A stretch of DNA of 64,000 nt from an uncultured Gemmatimonadales bacterium (GCA_963716255.1 OY970303.1:3840001-3904000), one strand, 5' to 3'. Shown: positions 1 through 10,184, counted from the first letter of the stretch. The notes: generated by a model from the sequence alone, not told the origin. Numbers and translations: made by a program.

Positions 1-56
1 GGCGCCGCCGCCGCACCGGGCCGCACGCTCTCCCTGTGGCGCCGATGCCGCTGGGG

Positions 57-74
57 TGTTGGACGGATGCAACA
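57..74. promoter_or_regulatory. Candidate enhancer (UAS) for a sigma54 activator, TGTTGGACGGATGCAACA; weaker tandem site at 35-52
   Basis: Imperfect TGT-N12-ACA palindrome that recurs upstream of several operons in this window. Confidence 0.6.
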
Positions 75-170
75 TGGGCGTGGCGCGAGGCAGGGCCGCG
101 GGGCGTGCGCCGGCCCGCCAACTCCGCTCCCGGGGCCCGCGCGGGAGCCCGGCGCACTTTGCTGCGGGCA

Positions 171-186
171 CGGAACAGCGTATGCT
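171..186 (+). promoter_or_regulatory. Candidate sigma54 -24/-12 promoter CGGAACAGCGTATGCT
   Basis: GG-N10-GC spacing, 96 nt downstream of the UAS-like site and upstream of the flippase. Confidence 0.5.
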
Positions 187-299
187 GACTGCCCTCGCGG
201 GCGCCGCCTCGTCGCGGCCGCCCGCCTTTCCGGCCCGGCCCTCACCTCCACGGGTGCACCGGCGCACTCGTCCGCAGCAGACAGGGACCTTCGGCGTTC

Positions 300-1778
300 A
301 TGACCGGCAAGACCAAGAGCCTGGGGAAGCAGTCGGCGATCTACGGGGCGGGGATCGTCCTTGGGAAGCTCGCCAGCTTCATCATGCTCCCCGTGTACAC
401 CCGCTACCTCACCCCGGCGGACTACGGGGTGCTGGAGCTGCTGTCCATGACCATCGACGTGATCGGGATGATCGCGGGGATCGGGCTGGGCTCGGCGGTC
501 TTCAAGTTCTACGCGGACGCGCCGGACGAGGCGGGAAAGAGCCAGGTGATCAGCACCGCCGGGATGAGCGCGGTCGTGCTCGGCGCCGTCACCGCCGCGC
601 TGGGGCTGCTGTTCGCGCCCCTGCTCACCCGGCTGGTGATCGGCCCGGAGACGGACCCGCTGTACCTGCGGATCTTCCTCTTCACGTACCTGTTCCAGAC
701 CTGCGAGCACATCCCCATGATGCTGCTCCGCGCGCGGCAGCACGCGGGGCGGGTGGTCACGCTCAACGTGGTGCGGCTGGTCCTCAACCTGTCGCTCAAC
801 ATCCTGTTCGTGGTGTACTTCCGCATGGGGGTGCTGGGCGTCCTGCTCAGCGGCGTCATCACGGGCGCCATCATGGCGACGGGGCTTACCGGCTACCTGC
901 TCCGCCAGGTGGGGCTGAGGTTCTCCATGCCGCGCTTCGTGGAGATGGTGCGCTTCGGCAGCCCGATGGTGCTGTGGACGCTGGGGAGCTTCGTCCTGGT
1001 CTTTTCCGACCGCTTCTTCCTGCAGCACTACCTGGGCACTGCGCAGGTGGGGATCTACGCCCTGGCGTACAAGTTCGCCTTCATGCTGAGCGCGCTCGCC
1101 TTCAACCCCTTCGACATGGTGTGGGACCCGCACCGCTACGAGGTGGCGAAGCGCTCCGACGCCAAGGAGGTGTACGCGCGGGTGTTCCTGTACCTGAACG
1201 TGGTCGTGGGGCTGGTGGGGCTGGGGATCTCGCTCTTCGTGCGGGACTTCCTGGAGGTGATGTCCGATCCCGCCTTCGTCCCGGCGTACCGGATCGTGCC
1301 GCTGCTGCTGCTGGCCCAGATGATCTCTCACGCGGTCAGCTACTGCACCCTGGGCCTCTTCGTGACCAGCAACACCCGGGCGCTGGGGCGGATCGCCTTC
1401 CTGGCGACCGTGTCCACGCTGGTCCTGAACTTCGTCCTGGTCTCCCGATTCGGGGTCCTGGGGGCGACGTGGGCCACGGTCCTCGCGTACTCGCTGCGCT
1501 TCGTGTGGACGTACCGCTCGGCCCAGCGGCACTACCCCATCCGCTACGGGTGGGGCGCCGTCGCCCGGCTGTACGCGATCTTCGCCGTGGCGGTGGGGCT
1601 GCGCTGGGCGGTGCAGCCGGCGCACCTCCCCGGCTCCCTGGCCTGGAGCGCCGTGCTCATGGCGGGCGCGTCGGCGCTGGTGTACCGCCACACCCTGGGC
1701 CCGGCGGAGCGGAGCTGGGTCCGCGCGTTCTTCGCCCGCTACCGGGCGGGCTTCGCGCTGGGAGCTTCGCGGGCGTGA
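300..1778 (+). CDS. wzx: Oligosaccharide flippase (Wzx-like polysaccharide biosynthesis protein)
   Basis: 492 aa, many TM segments, PVYTRYLTPADYG and SDRFFL...VGIYALAYK motifs. Confidence 0.85.
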   Translation: MTGKTKSLGKQSAIYGAGIVLGKLASFIMLPVYTRYLTPADYGVLELLSMTIDVIGMIAGIGLGSAVFKFYADAPDEAGKSQVISTAGMSAVVLGAVTAALGLLFAPLLTRLVIGPETDPLYLRIFLFTYLFQTCEHIPMMLLRARQHAGRVVTLNVVRLVLNLSLNILFVVYFRMGVLGVLLSGVITGAIMATGLTGYLLRQVGLRFSMPRFVEMVRFGSPMVLWTLGSFVLVFSDRFFLQHYLGTAQVGIYALAYKFAFMLSALAFNPFDMVWDPHRYEVAKRSDAKEVYARVFLYLNVVVGLVGLGISLFVRDFLEVMSDPAFVPAYRIVPLLLLAQMISHAVSYCTLGLFVTSNTRALGRIAFLATVSTLVLNFVLVSRFGVLGATWATVLAYSLRFVWTYRSAQRHYPIRYGWGAVARLYAIFAVAVGLRWAVQPAHLPGSLAWSAVLMAGASALVYRHTLGPAERSWVRAFFARYRAGFALGASRA

Positions 1779-2776
1779 GCGCCGCCCCCGGCGGGGACCG
1801 CGCGGAGGCGCCGCCCGCGGTGAGCGTCATCGTCCCCGTGTACAACACGGCGCCGTACGTGGCGGAGGCGCTGGACTCCATCCTGGCGCAGACCTTCACG
1901 GACTACGAGATCCTGGTGGTCAACGACGGCTCCCCCGACACGGAGCTGCTGGAGCGGGTGCTGGAGCCGTACGCCGGCCGCATCCGCTACCTGCGCCAGG
2001 AGAACGCGGGGGTGAGCACCGCGCGCAACCACGCGCTGGCCGTGGCGCGGGGGCGCTACGCCGCCATGCTGGACAGCGACGACACCTGGCACCCGGAGTA
2101 CCTGGCCGCCCACGTGGCGGTGCTGGAGAGCGACCCCGGCGTCCACGTGGTGTACCCGGACGCGGTGCGCTTCGGGGGCGGAGCGCGGCAGCGCTACTCC
2201 GAGCAGTACCCGGTGGGGGGCGACGTCACCTTCGCCCGGGTACTGGCGCGGGAGTGCCAGGTGTACGGCGGGGTCACGGCGCGCACGGAGGCGGTGGTGG
2301 CGGCGGGGCTGTACGACCCGGAGCTGCGCGCCGCCGAGGACTTCGAGCTGTGGCTGCGGATCCTGCACCGCGGCGGACGCATCGCGTACGTGGACCGGGT
2401 GCTGGCGTACTACCGCCACCGCCCGGGGAGCCACACGGCCAGCCCGCGCCCCCTGCTGGAGAACCTGTCGCGGGTGCTGGACAAGACCGCCCGGACCCTG
2501 GAGCTGGGGCCGGGCGAGCGCGAGGTGCTGGAGCGGCAGCGTGCCGGGCTACGCGCGGGGCTGGCGCTGCTGGACGGCAAGGCCGCCTTCCGCGCTGGCG
2601 ACATGCGCACCGCGCTGCGCAAGCTGGGCGAGGCCGACGCGCTCGCCACCCGCCGCAGCCTCAAGCTCTCCCTGGTGCTCGCGCTCCTGCGCGTCGCCCC
2701 GGGCCCCCTGCGGGGCCTGTACCTGCTGCGCGAGCGGCTGGACGCCCGCCGCGCCCGCCGGGCCGCGGCGGCATAG
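1775..2776 (+). CDS. Glycosyltransferase family 2
   Basis: GTG start overlaps wzx stop (GTGA); VSVIVPVYN, VNDGS, LDSDD and EDFELW motifs. Confidence 0.9.
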   Translation: MSAAPGGDRAEAPPAVSVIVPVYNTAPYVAEALDSILAQTFTDYEILVVNDGSPDTELLERVLEPYAGRIRYLRQENAGVSTARNHALAVARGRYAAMLDSDDTWHPEYLAAHVAVLESDPGVHVVYPDAVRFGGGARQRYSEQYPVGGDVTFARVLARECQVYGGVTARTEAVVAAGLYDPELRAAEDFELWLRILHRGGRIAYVDRVLAYYRHRPGSHTASPRPLLENLSRVLDKTARTLELGPGEREVLERQRAGLRAGLALLDGKAAFRAGDMRTALRKLGEADALATRRSLKLSLVLALLRVAPGPLRGLYLLRERLDARRARRAAAA

Positions 2777-2835
2777 TCCGGCGCCGCGCCCCTACGCCCA
2801 CCCGGCGTCCCCGTTCCCCCACGACCCCGTCCGCC

Positions 2836-3621
2836 ATGCTCGCTCGCCGCAGCCTCCCCGACTCGTTCGCCCGGTGGAACCGCATGCACGGCGCACCCTT
2901 CGGCGCGCCGCTGCGCGGGGAGTCGCTGCTGGAGCGCGTGCTCCCCCGCTCCACCCTCACACGGCTGCGCGGGCCGTTCTCCATCCAGCCCAACAACAAC
3001 ACCCGCGCCTTCGAGTACCCGTGGGCCTTCCACGCCGCGGAGCCGCGGGCGGGGCTGGACGTGCTGGAGATCGGCGGCGGGCTCGCCGGGTTCCAGTTCG
3101 TGCTTTCCCGGCTGGGGTGCAGGGTGGTCAACGTGGACCCGGGGATGGAGGCCGCCGGCGTGGGCTGGCCGTGCGACCCGGAGTCCATGCGGCGCCTGAA
3201 CGGGCTCTTCGGGACCACGGTGGAGCTGCGCAACACCGTGCTCGACAAGGCCGCGCTCCCGGACGAGTCGTTCGACCTGGTCTTCAGCATCAGCGTGCTG
3301 GAGCACCTGCCGGAGCACGAGATCGCCGCCGCCGTGCGCGAGGCCTTCCGGGTGCTCCGGCCCGGCGGCCGCCTGGTGATGACCGTGGACCTGTTCCTCA
3401 ACGTGAAGCCGTTCACCGCCGAGGAGCGCAACCGCTACGGCTCCAACGTGGACCTGCGCTGGCTGCTGGAGCAGGCGCCCTTCCAGCTGGAGCAGGGCGA
3501 ACCCGCCGAGCTGTACGGCTTCGACGAGTTTTCCGCCGAGCGGGTGCTCGCCCGCCTGGACGAGCTGCTCGTGGGAGAATACCCGGCCGCCGCGCAATGC
3601 CTGGTCCTGCGGAAGTCCTGA
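2836..3621 (+). CDS. Class I SAM-dependent methyltransferase
   Basis: VLEIGGG, FDLVFSISVLEHL and RVLRPGG motifs. Confidence 0.85.
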   Translation: MLARRSLPDSFARWNRMHGAPFGAPLRGESLLERVLPRSTLTRLRGPFSIQPNNNTRAFEYPWAFHAAEPRAGLDVLEIGGGLAGFQFVLSRLGCRVVNVDPGMEAAGVGWPCDPESMRRLNGLFGTTVELRNTVLDKAALPDESFDLVFSISVLEHLPEHEIAAAVREAFRVLRPGGRLVMTVDLFLNVKPFTAEERNRYGSNVDLRWLLEQAPFQLEQGEPAELYGFDEFSAERVLARLDELLVGEYPAAAQCLVLRKS

Positions 3622-3665
3622 GCGCCGCACCCGCCGGGGCACGGCGGGGCGGGGAGGGCGCGCAC

Positions 3666-4883
3666 GTGCTCTTTCTCGCCAAGCAGTTTCCCTGGCCGCT
3701 CAACGTGGGCGCGCGCCAGCGCTCCTTCCACGTGGCGCGGGGGCTGGCGCGCGCCCACGAGGTGACGGTGGTGGCGCTGGACGACCCGCCGCCCGACGCG
3801 GCGCGGGACGAGTTCCTGGCCGCCTCCGGCTGCGCGCGCGCCCTTTTCGTTCCGCCCGCCACCTGCCTGGGGATGAAGCCGCGGGGCGCCCCCGCGCCGC
3901 GGTGGGTCCGCGCGCTGCGCGCCGCGCGGGGGCTGGTCCGCTCCCCGCTCCCCGACACGCTGCTGTACTGGTGGTCGGACGCGCTGGTGGCCGAGCTGGA
4001 GACGCTGCGCCGCGAGCGCCCCGCCGACGTGGTCTTCGCCTCCCAGTCGTGGATGGCCGAGCACGCGCGCGCGGCCGGCTTCCCGCGCGTGGTGGTGGAC
4101 GTGGACGACCTGCTCAGCGAGATCTCGCGGCAGGGCCTCCGGCAGCGGGGATGGTACCCCCGGAAGCCGCTGGACCTGCTGCGCGCCCGGCAGGAGCGCA
4201 GCTACGAGCGCTCGCTCCCGGGGCGCTTCACCCGCGTCCTCGTCGCCAAGGACGACGACCGCGGGTTCTTCCCCGCCGCCGCGCGCTCCCGCGTGGGCGT
4301 GCTCCCCAACGGCATCGCCGTCCCGGACGCCCCGGCCCCCGACCCGGAGCGCGCCGACACGCTGCTGTTCGTGGGGACGCTGGGGTACGCGCCCAACGTG
4401 GACGCGGTCACCTGGTTCGCGCGCGAGGTGCTGCCGCTGGTGTGGGCGTCGCGCCCGGACGTGCGCTTCCAGGTGGCGGGCTTCGGCACCGGGGCGCACC
4501 TGGCGGAGGTGCTCGCCGACCCGCGCTGCGCGGTGGCGGAGTCGCCGCCGGAGCTGGCGCCGTTCTACGCCGCCGCCGCGGTGGTGGTCACCCCCGTGCG
4601 CACCGGGGGGGGCACCCGCATCAAGGTCCTGGAGGCGCTGGCGCACGGCAAGGCGCTGGTGAGCACCACCTTCGGCCCAGAGGGGCTGGGGCTGCGCGGC
4701 GGCGTGGACCTGGAGCTCGCGGACACCCCGCAGGCCATGGCCGACGCCTGCCTGGCGCTTCTCGGCGATCCCGCCCGGCGCCGCGCCCTGGGCGCGGCCG
4801 GGCGCGCCCACGTGGCGGAGCGGTTCGACTGGCTGCGCATCGAGGAGAAGGTGGAGACCCTGCTCCCGCTGCCGGCCGGCTGA
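3666..4883 (+). CDS. Glycosyltransferase family 4
   Basis: LLFVGTLGYAPNVDA and GGGTRIKVLEALA motifs; start approximate. Confidence 0.85.
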   Translation: MLFLAKQFPWPLNVGARQRSFHVARGLARAHEVTVVALDDPPPDAARDEFLAASGCARALFVPPATCLGMKPRGAPAPRWVRALRAARGLVRSPLPDTLLYWWSDALVAELETLRRERPADVVFASQSWMAEHARAAGFPRVVVDVDDLLSEISRQGLRQRGWYPRKPLDLLRARQERSYERSLPGRFTRVLVAKDDDRGFFPAAARSRVGVLPNGIAVPDAPAPDPERADTLLFVGTLGYAPNVDAVTWFAREVLPLVWASRPDVRFQVAGFGTGAHLAEVLADPRCAVAESPPELAPFYAAAAVVVTPVRTGGGTRIKVLEALAHGKALVSTTFGPEGLGLRGGVDLELADTPQAMADACLALLGDPARRRALGAAGRAHVAERFDWLRIEEKVETLLPLPAG

Positions 4884-4960
4884 GCGGCCCGCGGGAAGAG
4901 GGCCCACGCGCAACGGGCGCCCGGGAATTCCCGGGCGCCCGTTCTGGATCTCGCCACCGC

Positions 4961-4998
4961 GCCGCAGCCCGACCCCGGCGCCAGCCGGGGGCACGCCC
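4961..4998 (-). repeat. Partial (5' part) copy of the ~128-nt structured repeat
   Basis: Reverse complement reads GGGCGTGCCCCCGGCTGGCGCCGGGGTCGGGCTGCGGC, followed by a different interior hairpin. Confidence 0.8.
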
Positions 4999-5036
4999 AA
5001 ATCATTCAGTTCAAACCACGTCGCCCCGATCCGCCT

Positions 5037-6494
5037 TCAGACCACGGACCCCTGCCGGTAGTACCCGCCCCGCCCCCGCGGCCGGGCCGCCTGGACCGGC
5101 GCAGGCTCCGCCGCGCGCGGGGCCGCGATCCTCCCGCCGCCCGCCCGGGCCTCGTGCACCTTGTTCAGCGCGCACACGTGCAGCGCCACCGTCATGGACA
5201 GGTTGATCCAGAAGTACGGGTAGTAGAGCACCGTGACGAAGAAGCCGCTGCCCAGGAACCCGATCAGCGCCCCGTCCAGCCCGTGCGCCATCTGGTAGAT
5301 GAACGCGCTGTCCCCCGGAAGGGCCCGGATGACCTTGCGCGTCTTGAAGTTCACCACGAAGGTCGCGCCGATGAGCAGGACGAAGGCGAAGAGCCCCGTG
5401 TAGCCCATCTCCGCCACCGATTCGATGAAGATGTTGTGCGGGAGCTGGCCGGCCGGGTTGTAGTACGTCTTGTAGTACGGGAGCCAGTTGCCGTACCCGA
5501 TCCCCAGCACCGGGTGGTTGGCGGCGATCTCCAGCCCGTGCTTCCAGTACGTGATGCGCGTGGTGGAGGTGTTGTCCTCGCCCGCGCTCCGGAAGCGCTC
5601 CTTCTGCTCCGGCGGCAGCACCGCGATCACCAGGGCGACGGCGAGCACGGCGGGCACCAGCACCCGGAAGCGGTGCCTGGAGCGCGCCACCATCCACGTC
5701 AGCGTGAGCGCGCCGCCCAGCAGCGCCCCTCGCGAGGACGACGCGATCATGCTCATCACCGCCGTCACCGGGAACGACAGAAAGAACAGGCGCTGCCACT
5801 TCCCCCAGTGCTTCCACAGGGCCACCACGAAGCAGGTCGCCAGAGGAAAGAACACGCACATCTGGATCCCGAACTCCCCGGAGTTCTGGAACCATCCGGG
5901 GCTGCCGGTGGCCCCCCAGTCGCGGAAGCCGAAGCCGGTCTCCGCCCACGAGCGCGCTCCATGCTGCGACATCTTGTACGAGTACAGCAGGAAGGCGAGC
6001 ATGTAGACGAAGAAGCGCCGCTCCGTGGTGACCACGTTGACGGTCAGGACGAACACCAGGATCCAGTTGAGGAAGACCGTGAACTTGGCGAACGAGGCGT
6101 CGCTGGAGAACGCGGTGAACGAGGACGCCACCAGCACCAGCGTGTAGAAGCCCAGCAGCCCCGAGATCACCGTGGGGAAGCGGGCCAGCTTTCCCTCGCT
6201 CAGCGCGGTGACGATCGCCAGCGCCAGGAACGTCATCCCCCAGGGGAAGACATCGATGGCCCGGTACACCAGCTGGGGGCGGACGTACTCGATGAACATG
6301 TACAGGTTCAGGAACCAGAACGAGGCCGGCTCCCGCTTCACGAACGCCCAGATGTCCCGCGGGCGCGTCCGCCACACGTCGCCCATGCCGCGCGCGCCGA
6401 AGGGGCGCCGCGCGGCACCGCCGGGAGGCGCCATGGGCCGCGTGCCCGCCCGCCCCTGCGGGGCCGCGAAACGGGAAGGGGAAGCGTCAGCCAT
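5037..6494 (-). CDS. O-antigen ligase / Wzy_C family membrane protein (polymerase or O-glycosylation ligase)
   Basis: Multi-TM; SSRGALLG, HPVLGIGYGN and PHNIFIESVAEMG motifs. Confidence 0.85.
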   Translation of the reverse strand: MADASPSRFAAPQGRAGTRPMAPPGGAARRPFGARGMGDVWRTRPRDIWAFVKREPASFWFLNLYMFIEYVRPQLVYRAIDVFPWGMTFLALAIVTALSEGKLARFPTVISGLLGFYTLVLVASSFTAFSSDASFAKFTVFLNWILVFVLTVNVVTTERRFFVYMLAFLLYSYKMSQHGARSWAETGFGFRDWGATGSPGWFQNSGEFGIQMCVFFPLATCFVVALWKHWGKWQRLFFLSFPVTAVMSMIASSSRGALLGGALTLTWMVARSRHRFRVLVPAVLAVALVIAVLPPEQKERFRSAGEDNTSTTRITYWKHGLEIAANHPVLGIGYGNWLPYYKTYYNPAGQLPHNIFIESVAEMGYTGLFAFVLLIGATFVVNFKTRKVIRALPGDSAFIYQMAHGLDGALIGFLGSGFFVTVLYYPYFWINLSMTVALHVCALNKVHEARAGGGRIAAPRAAEPAPVQAARPRGRGGYYRQGSVV

Positions 6495-7521
6495 TCAGGA
6501 CCTGCTTGAGGAGGTGTAGTCCGCGGAGCATGGAGGTGGGGAGCAGGCTCCCCCCCAGGATTCCCACCGAGCGGCCGGAGACGGCCGCGCCCTCGCGCCA
6601 CGCGTGCATAACGGCGTCGCGCGCCTCCCGCTGCTCCATGAGCGACAGGTGAAGGTACGCCATGCGCAGGAGGAGCCGCTGCCGGCCGCGCCGCCGCGCC
6701 TCCTCCTCGGCGGCGGAGAGCGGCGCGCGCAGGCGCCCCGCCCGCTCGTTGCTGAGGAGGGCGCCCGCCACCATGTCGCGGGTGTTCGCGCCCGCGGTGA
6801 GCCGGTCGTCGTGCCCCACCCGCCAGCGCAGCAGCGGCGACATCACCACCGCCATGGGCGACGCCGCCGCCAGGCGGTGGAAGAGCTCGGTGTCCTCCGC
6901 CACCCGCAGCGCCTCGTCGAAGCCGCCGCTCTCCAGGAACAGGTCGCGCCGCACCATGGCCGCGGAGGGGAGCACCACGTTGCCGTGGAAGAGCAGGCCG
7001 TAGGCGTCGCCGGAGAAGGCGGCGTGAAGCCCCGCCGCGCTTTCCACCGCGACCTCGCGGAGCGCCCGGGCGAACCACTCCCGCGAAGTGCGGCCGTTCT
7101 CGCGGAACACGGGGACCGCGCTCGCCAGCCCGTCCTTTCCCTCCACCGGGCGGCCTGCCGCGTCCACCAGCACGCACTCGGTGATGGACCACCCCGCCTC
7201 CGGGGCCGCGGCGTGCGTCGACTCCTGCACCTCCAGCTTGGCGGGGTCCCACAGGTCGTCCGAGTCCAGGAAGGCGATCCACTCGCCGCCGGCCTCGCGG
7301 ACGCCGCGGTTGCGCGCCGCCGACACGCCGGCGTTCGCCTGGCGGAGGTAGCGCACGGGCGCCGGAAAGGCGCGGCAGACCGCCTCGGTGTCGTCGCGGG
7401 AGCCGTCGTCGACGATCAGGATCTCGTCGGCCGGGCGCGTCTGTTGTAGCACCGACTCCACAGTCGCGGGGAGCCACGCCGCCCGGTTGTAGGTGGGGAT
7501 GACGACCGATATGGACGGCAA
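6487..7521 (-). CDS. Glycosyltransferase family 2
   Basis: TTG start; ISVVIPTYNR, VDDGS, FLDSDD and GGFDEALRVAED motifs. Confidence 0.88.
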   Translation of the reverse strand: MPSISVVIPTYNRAAWLPATVESVLQQTRPADEILIVDDGSRDDTEAVCRAFPAPVRYLRQANAGVSAARNRGVREAGGEWIAFLDSDDLWDPAKLEVQESTHAAAPEAGWSITECVLVDAAGRPVEGKDGLASAVPVFRENGRTSREWFARALREVAVESAAGLHAAFSGDAYGLLFHGNVVLPSAAMVRRDLFLESGGFDEALRVAEDTELFHRLAAASPMAVVMSPLLRWRVGHDDRLTAGANTRDMVAGALLSNERAGRLRAPLSAAEEEARRRGRQRLLLRMAYLHLSLMEQREARDAVMHAWREGAAVSGRSVGILGGSLLPTSMLRGLHLLKQVLNG

Positions 7522-7625
7522 GGGCTTCTCCGCGTCTCGACTCTTGGGGGTCGGCGCTGGGGCGCCGCGCTCCGGCGGGCGCCGGGCCCGGAGGTGCGCG
7601 GGGGCCGCGGCTGTGCCCCCCCTGG

Positions 7626-7641
7626 TGCATGGATCTTGCCA
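7626..7641 (-). promoter_or_regulatory. Candidate sigma54 promoter TGGCAAGATCCATGCA for the GT2-ligase operon
   Basis: Near-consensus TGGCA-N-TGCA with GG-N10-GC spacing. Confidence 0.6.
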
Positions 7642-7756
7642 CCCCGGGCCCTCGGTTCCGCGGCGCACGCGGCCCGGCCGGCCCCAGCGCACATGGGCCC
7701 GGACCCGCGCCTGCCCTCCGCGGGACGCCCCACGGTCTTCCACCACACCCGATTCC

Positions 7757-8998
7757 ATGCGCCGGGAAACACCCACAGCTGTTGCGTCCGGTCCACAGGT
7801 CGGAGGGGTCCACGCGCCCTCGGCGGGAGCCGCCGGCGGCGCGGCCGATGCCCGCGCGCCGCACGGCGCGGGCGAGGATCCGCGCCCGCTGACCCTGCTG
7901 CACGTCGCCGCGCCGGCGCGGGTCGGGGGGCTGGAGCGAGTCGTGCGTTCGCTGTGCACCGGGCACCGGGCGCGGGGCCACCGGGTACACCTGCTGGCGG
8001 TGGTGGATCCCGGAGAGGCGGACCACCCGCTCGTCGCGCCGCTGGCGGAGGCCGGTGTGGAGGTGCGGGTGCTGGAGATCCCGGCCCGCGCGTACCTGCG
8101 GGAGCGCGCCGTGATGAGGGAGCTTTGCGGGCGCATCCGCCCCGACGTGGTGCACACCCACGGCTACCGCCCGGACCTGGTGGACGCCTCGGTGGCGCGG
8201 TCGCTGGGGATCGCCACGGTGGCGACGGTGCACGGCTTCGTGCGGGGCTCGCGGAAGGGGCGGGTGTACGAGTGGCTTCAGCGGCGGTCGTACCGGCGCT
8301 TCGACGCGGTGGCCGCGGTGTCGCGCCCGCAGGTGGCGGAGCTGGTGGCTTCCGGGGTCGCGCCGGGGCGCATCCACCACCTCCCCAACGCCTGGGCCGC
8401 CCACGCGCCCACGCTCGCCCCGGCCGAGGCACGGGCCCGCCTGGGGGTGCCGGAGGGCGTGTTCCACGTGGGATGGGTGGGGCGGCTGGGGCGCGAAAAG
8501 GGCGCCGACGTGCTCCTGGACGCCCTCGCGCTCCTCGGCGACGTGCCGCTGGTGGCCTCCATCGTGGGCGCGGGACGCGAGGAGGCGGCGCTGCGGGCGC
8601 AGGCGGAGGCGCTCGGCGTCGCGGACCGGGTCCGCTGGCACGGGCTGATCGCCGAGGCGGGGCCCCTGTTCTCCGCCTTCGACGCCTTCGTGCTCAGCTC
8701 GCGGACCGAGGGGACGCCCATCGCCCTGTTCGAGGCCATGGAAGCCGGCGCCCCGGTGGTCGCCACGGCGGTGGGCGGCGTGCCCGATGTGGTCTCCCCC
8801 GCGGAGGCGCTCCTGGTCGCCCCTGAGGACCCCGCGGGTCTCGCCGGAGCCCTGAGGGCGGTGCGGGGCGACCCTGCCGCCGCGGCGGCGCGGGCGCGGT
8901 CCGCCGCGACCCGCCTCCGCACCGCCTTCGGCGCGGATCCCTGGCTGGACCGGTACGAAGCGATCTACCGGCAGGTACAACGTCAAACCACCGCATGA
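7757..8998 (+). CDS. Glycosyltransferase family 4
   Basis: GGLERVV, PDVVHTH, VGRLGREKG and EGTPIALFEAM motifs; true start may lie further downstream. Confidence 0.85.
   Translation: MRRETPTAVASGPQVGGVHAPSAGAAGGAADARAPHGAGEDPRPLTLLHVAAPARVGGLERVVRSLCTGHRARGHRVHLLAVVDPGEADHPLVAPLAEAGVEVRVLEIPARAYLRERAVMRELCGRIRPDVVHTHGYRPDLVDASVARSLGIATVATVHGFVRGSRKGRVYEWLQRRSYRRFDAVAAVSRPQVAELVASGVAPGRIHHLPNAWAAHAPTLAPAEARARLGVPEGVFHVGWVGRLGREKGADVLLDALALLGDVPLVASIVGAGREEAALRAQAEALGVADRVRWHGLIAEAGPLFSAFDAFVLSSRTEGTPIALFEAMEAGAPVVATAVGGVPDVVSPAEALLVAPEDPAGLAGALRAVRGDPAAAAARARSAATRLRTAFGADPWLDRYEAIYRQVQRQTTA
7780..7797. promoter_or_regulatory. UAS-like site TGTTGCGTCCGGTCCACA (half-site partner at 7760-7777)
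   Basis: Matches the recurring TGT-N12-ACA motif. Confidence 0.6.
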
Positions 8999-9002
8999 CC
9001 CC

Positions 9003-10184
9003 ATGAGCCTGGTCGCCTGGATCCTGATTGCCGCACCGCTCCTCCTGGCCGCGTACGCGTACGCCGGGTACCCGCTCCTGCTCGCCGTGCTGGCGCGCGC
9101 GCGCGGCCGGCCCCCGGCCGCGGTGGAGCCGGGGGAGTGGCCCATGGTCAGCATCTCCCTTCCCGCGTACAACGAGGAGGCACAGATCCGCGGCGCCGTC
9201 GAGAGCCTGCTGGCGCTGGACTACCCGGCCCACCGCAAGCAGGTGATCGTGGTCTCGGACGCCTCCACCGACCGCACCGACGACATCGTCATGGAGTTCG
9301 CCGGCCGGGGCGTGGAGCTGCTCCGCATGCCGTGCCGTGGCGGCAAGACCGCCGGCGAGAACGCGGCGGCCGCGCGGCTCACGGGGGAGATCGTCATCAA
9401 CACGGACGCTTCCATCCGCATCCACCCGGACGCCCTGCGGCCGCTGGTGGCGCGCTTCTCCGACCCCACGGTGGGCGTCGCTTCCGGGCGCGACGTGAGC
9501 GTGGCGCGCACGGGCGAGGACAAGAACGCGGGCGAGGCGGGGTACGTGGGCTACGAGATGAAGGTGCGCGCCCTGGAGACCGCGGTCGGCGGGATCATCG
9601 GCGCCTCGGGGTGCTTCTACGCCATCCGCTCGCACCTGCACCGCTCCCCGCTCCCCGAGCACCTGAGCCGCGACTTCGCCTCCGCGCTGGTCGCGCGCGA
9701 GCACGGGTTCCGCGCCGTGTCGGTGGACGAGGCGGTGTGCTTCGTGCCGCGCACCACCTCGCTGCACCGCGAGTACCGCCGCAAGGTCCGCACGATGGCC
9801 AGGGGGATGCAGACGCTCCACCACAAGCGGCACCTCCTCAACCCGCTGCGCCACGGCGCCTTCGCCTGGATGCTGCTCAGCCACAAGGTCGCCCGCTGGC
9901 TGGTCCCCTGGACGGTGCTGACGGGAGCGCTGGGCGTGCTCCTGCTGGCGGTGGACCACCCCGTGGCGCGCGTGGTGTTCGCCCTGGGGATGGTCGTGGG
10001 GGGCCTCGCCGCCGCGGGGTGGATGTGGCCCGAGTCGCGGCCCATCCCCCGCGTCCTCGCCATCCCGGCCTTCGCGGTCGCGGGGAACCTGGCCGCCGTG
10101 CACGCCTCGCTGCGCTCCCTCGCCCGGAACGACGACCCCACCTGGGAGCCCACCCGGCGCGACGTCGTCCTCACCGGAAGCTGA
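9003..10184 (+). CDS. Membrane-anchored glycosyltransferase family 2
   Basis: PAYNEE, SDASTD, TDA and RKVR motifs; N- and C-terminal TM helices. Confidence 0.88.
   Translation: MSLVAWILIAAPLLLAAYAYAGYPLLLAVLARARGRPPAAVEPGEWPMVSISLPAYNEEAQIRGAVESLLALDYPAHRKQVIVVSDASTDRTDDIVMEFAGRGVELLRMPCRGGKTAGENAAAARLTGEIVINTDASIRIHPDALRPLVARFSDPTVGVASGRDVSVARTGEDKNAGEAGYVGYEMKVRALETAVGGIIGASGCFYAIRSHLHRSPLPEHLSRDFASALVAREHGFRAVSVDEAVCFVPRTTSLHREYRRKVRTMARGMQTLHHKRHLLNPLRHGAFAWMLLSHKVARWLVPWTVLTGALGVLLLAVDHPVARVVFALGMVVGGLAAAGWMWPESRPIPRVLAIPAFAVAGNLAAVHASLRSLARNDDPTWEPTRRDVVLTGS

Noticed and set aside
56..2776. 906-aa ORF as one protein
   Set aside because: The N-terminal part is an off-frame shadow of wzx; only 1775-2776 has GT2 motifs
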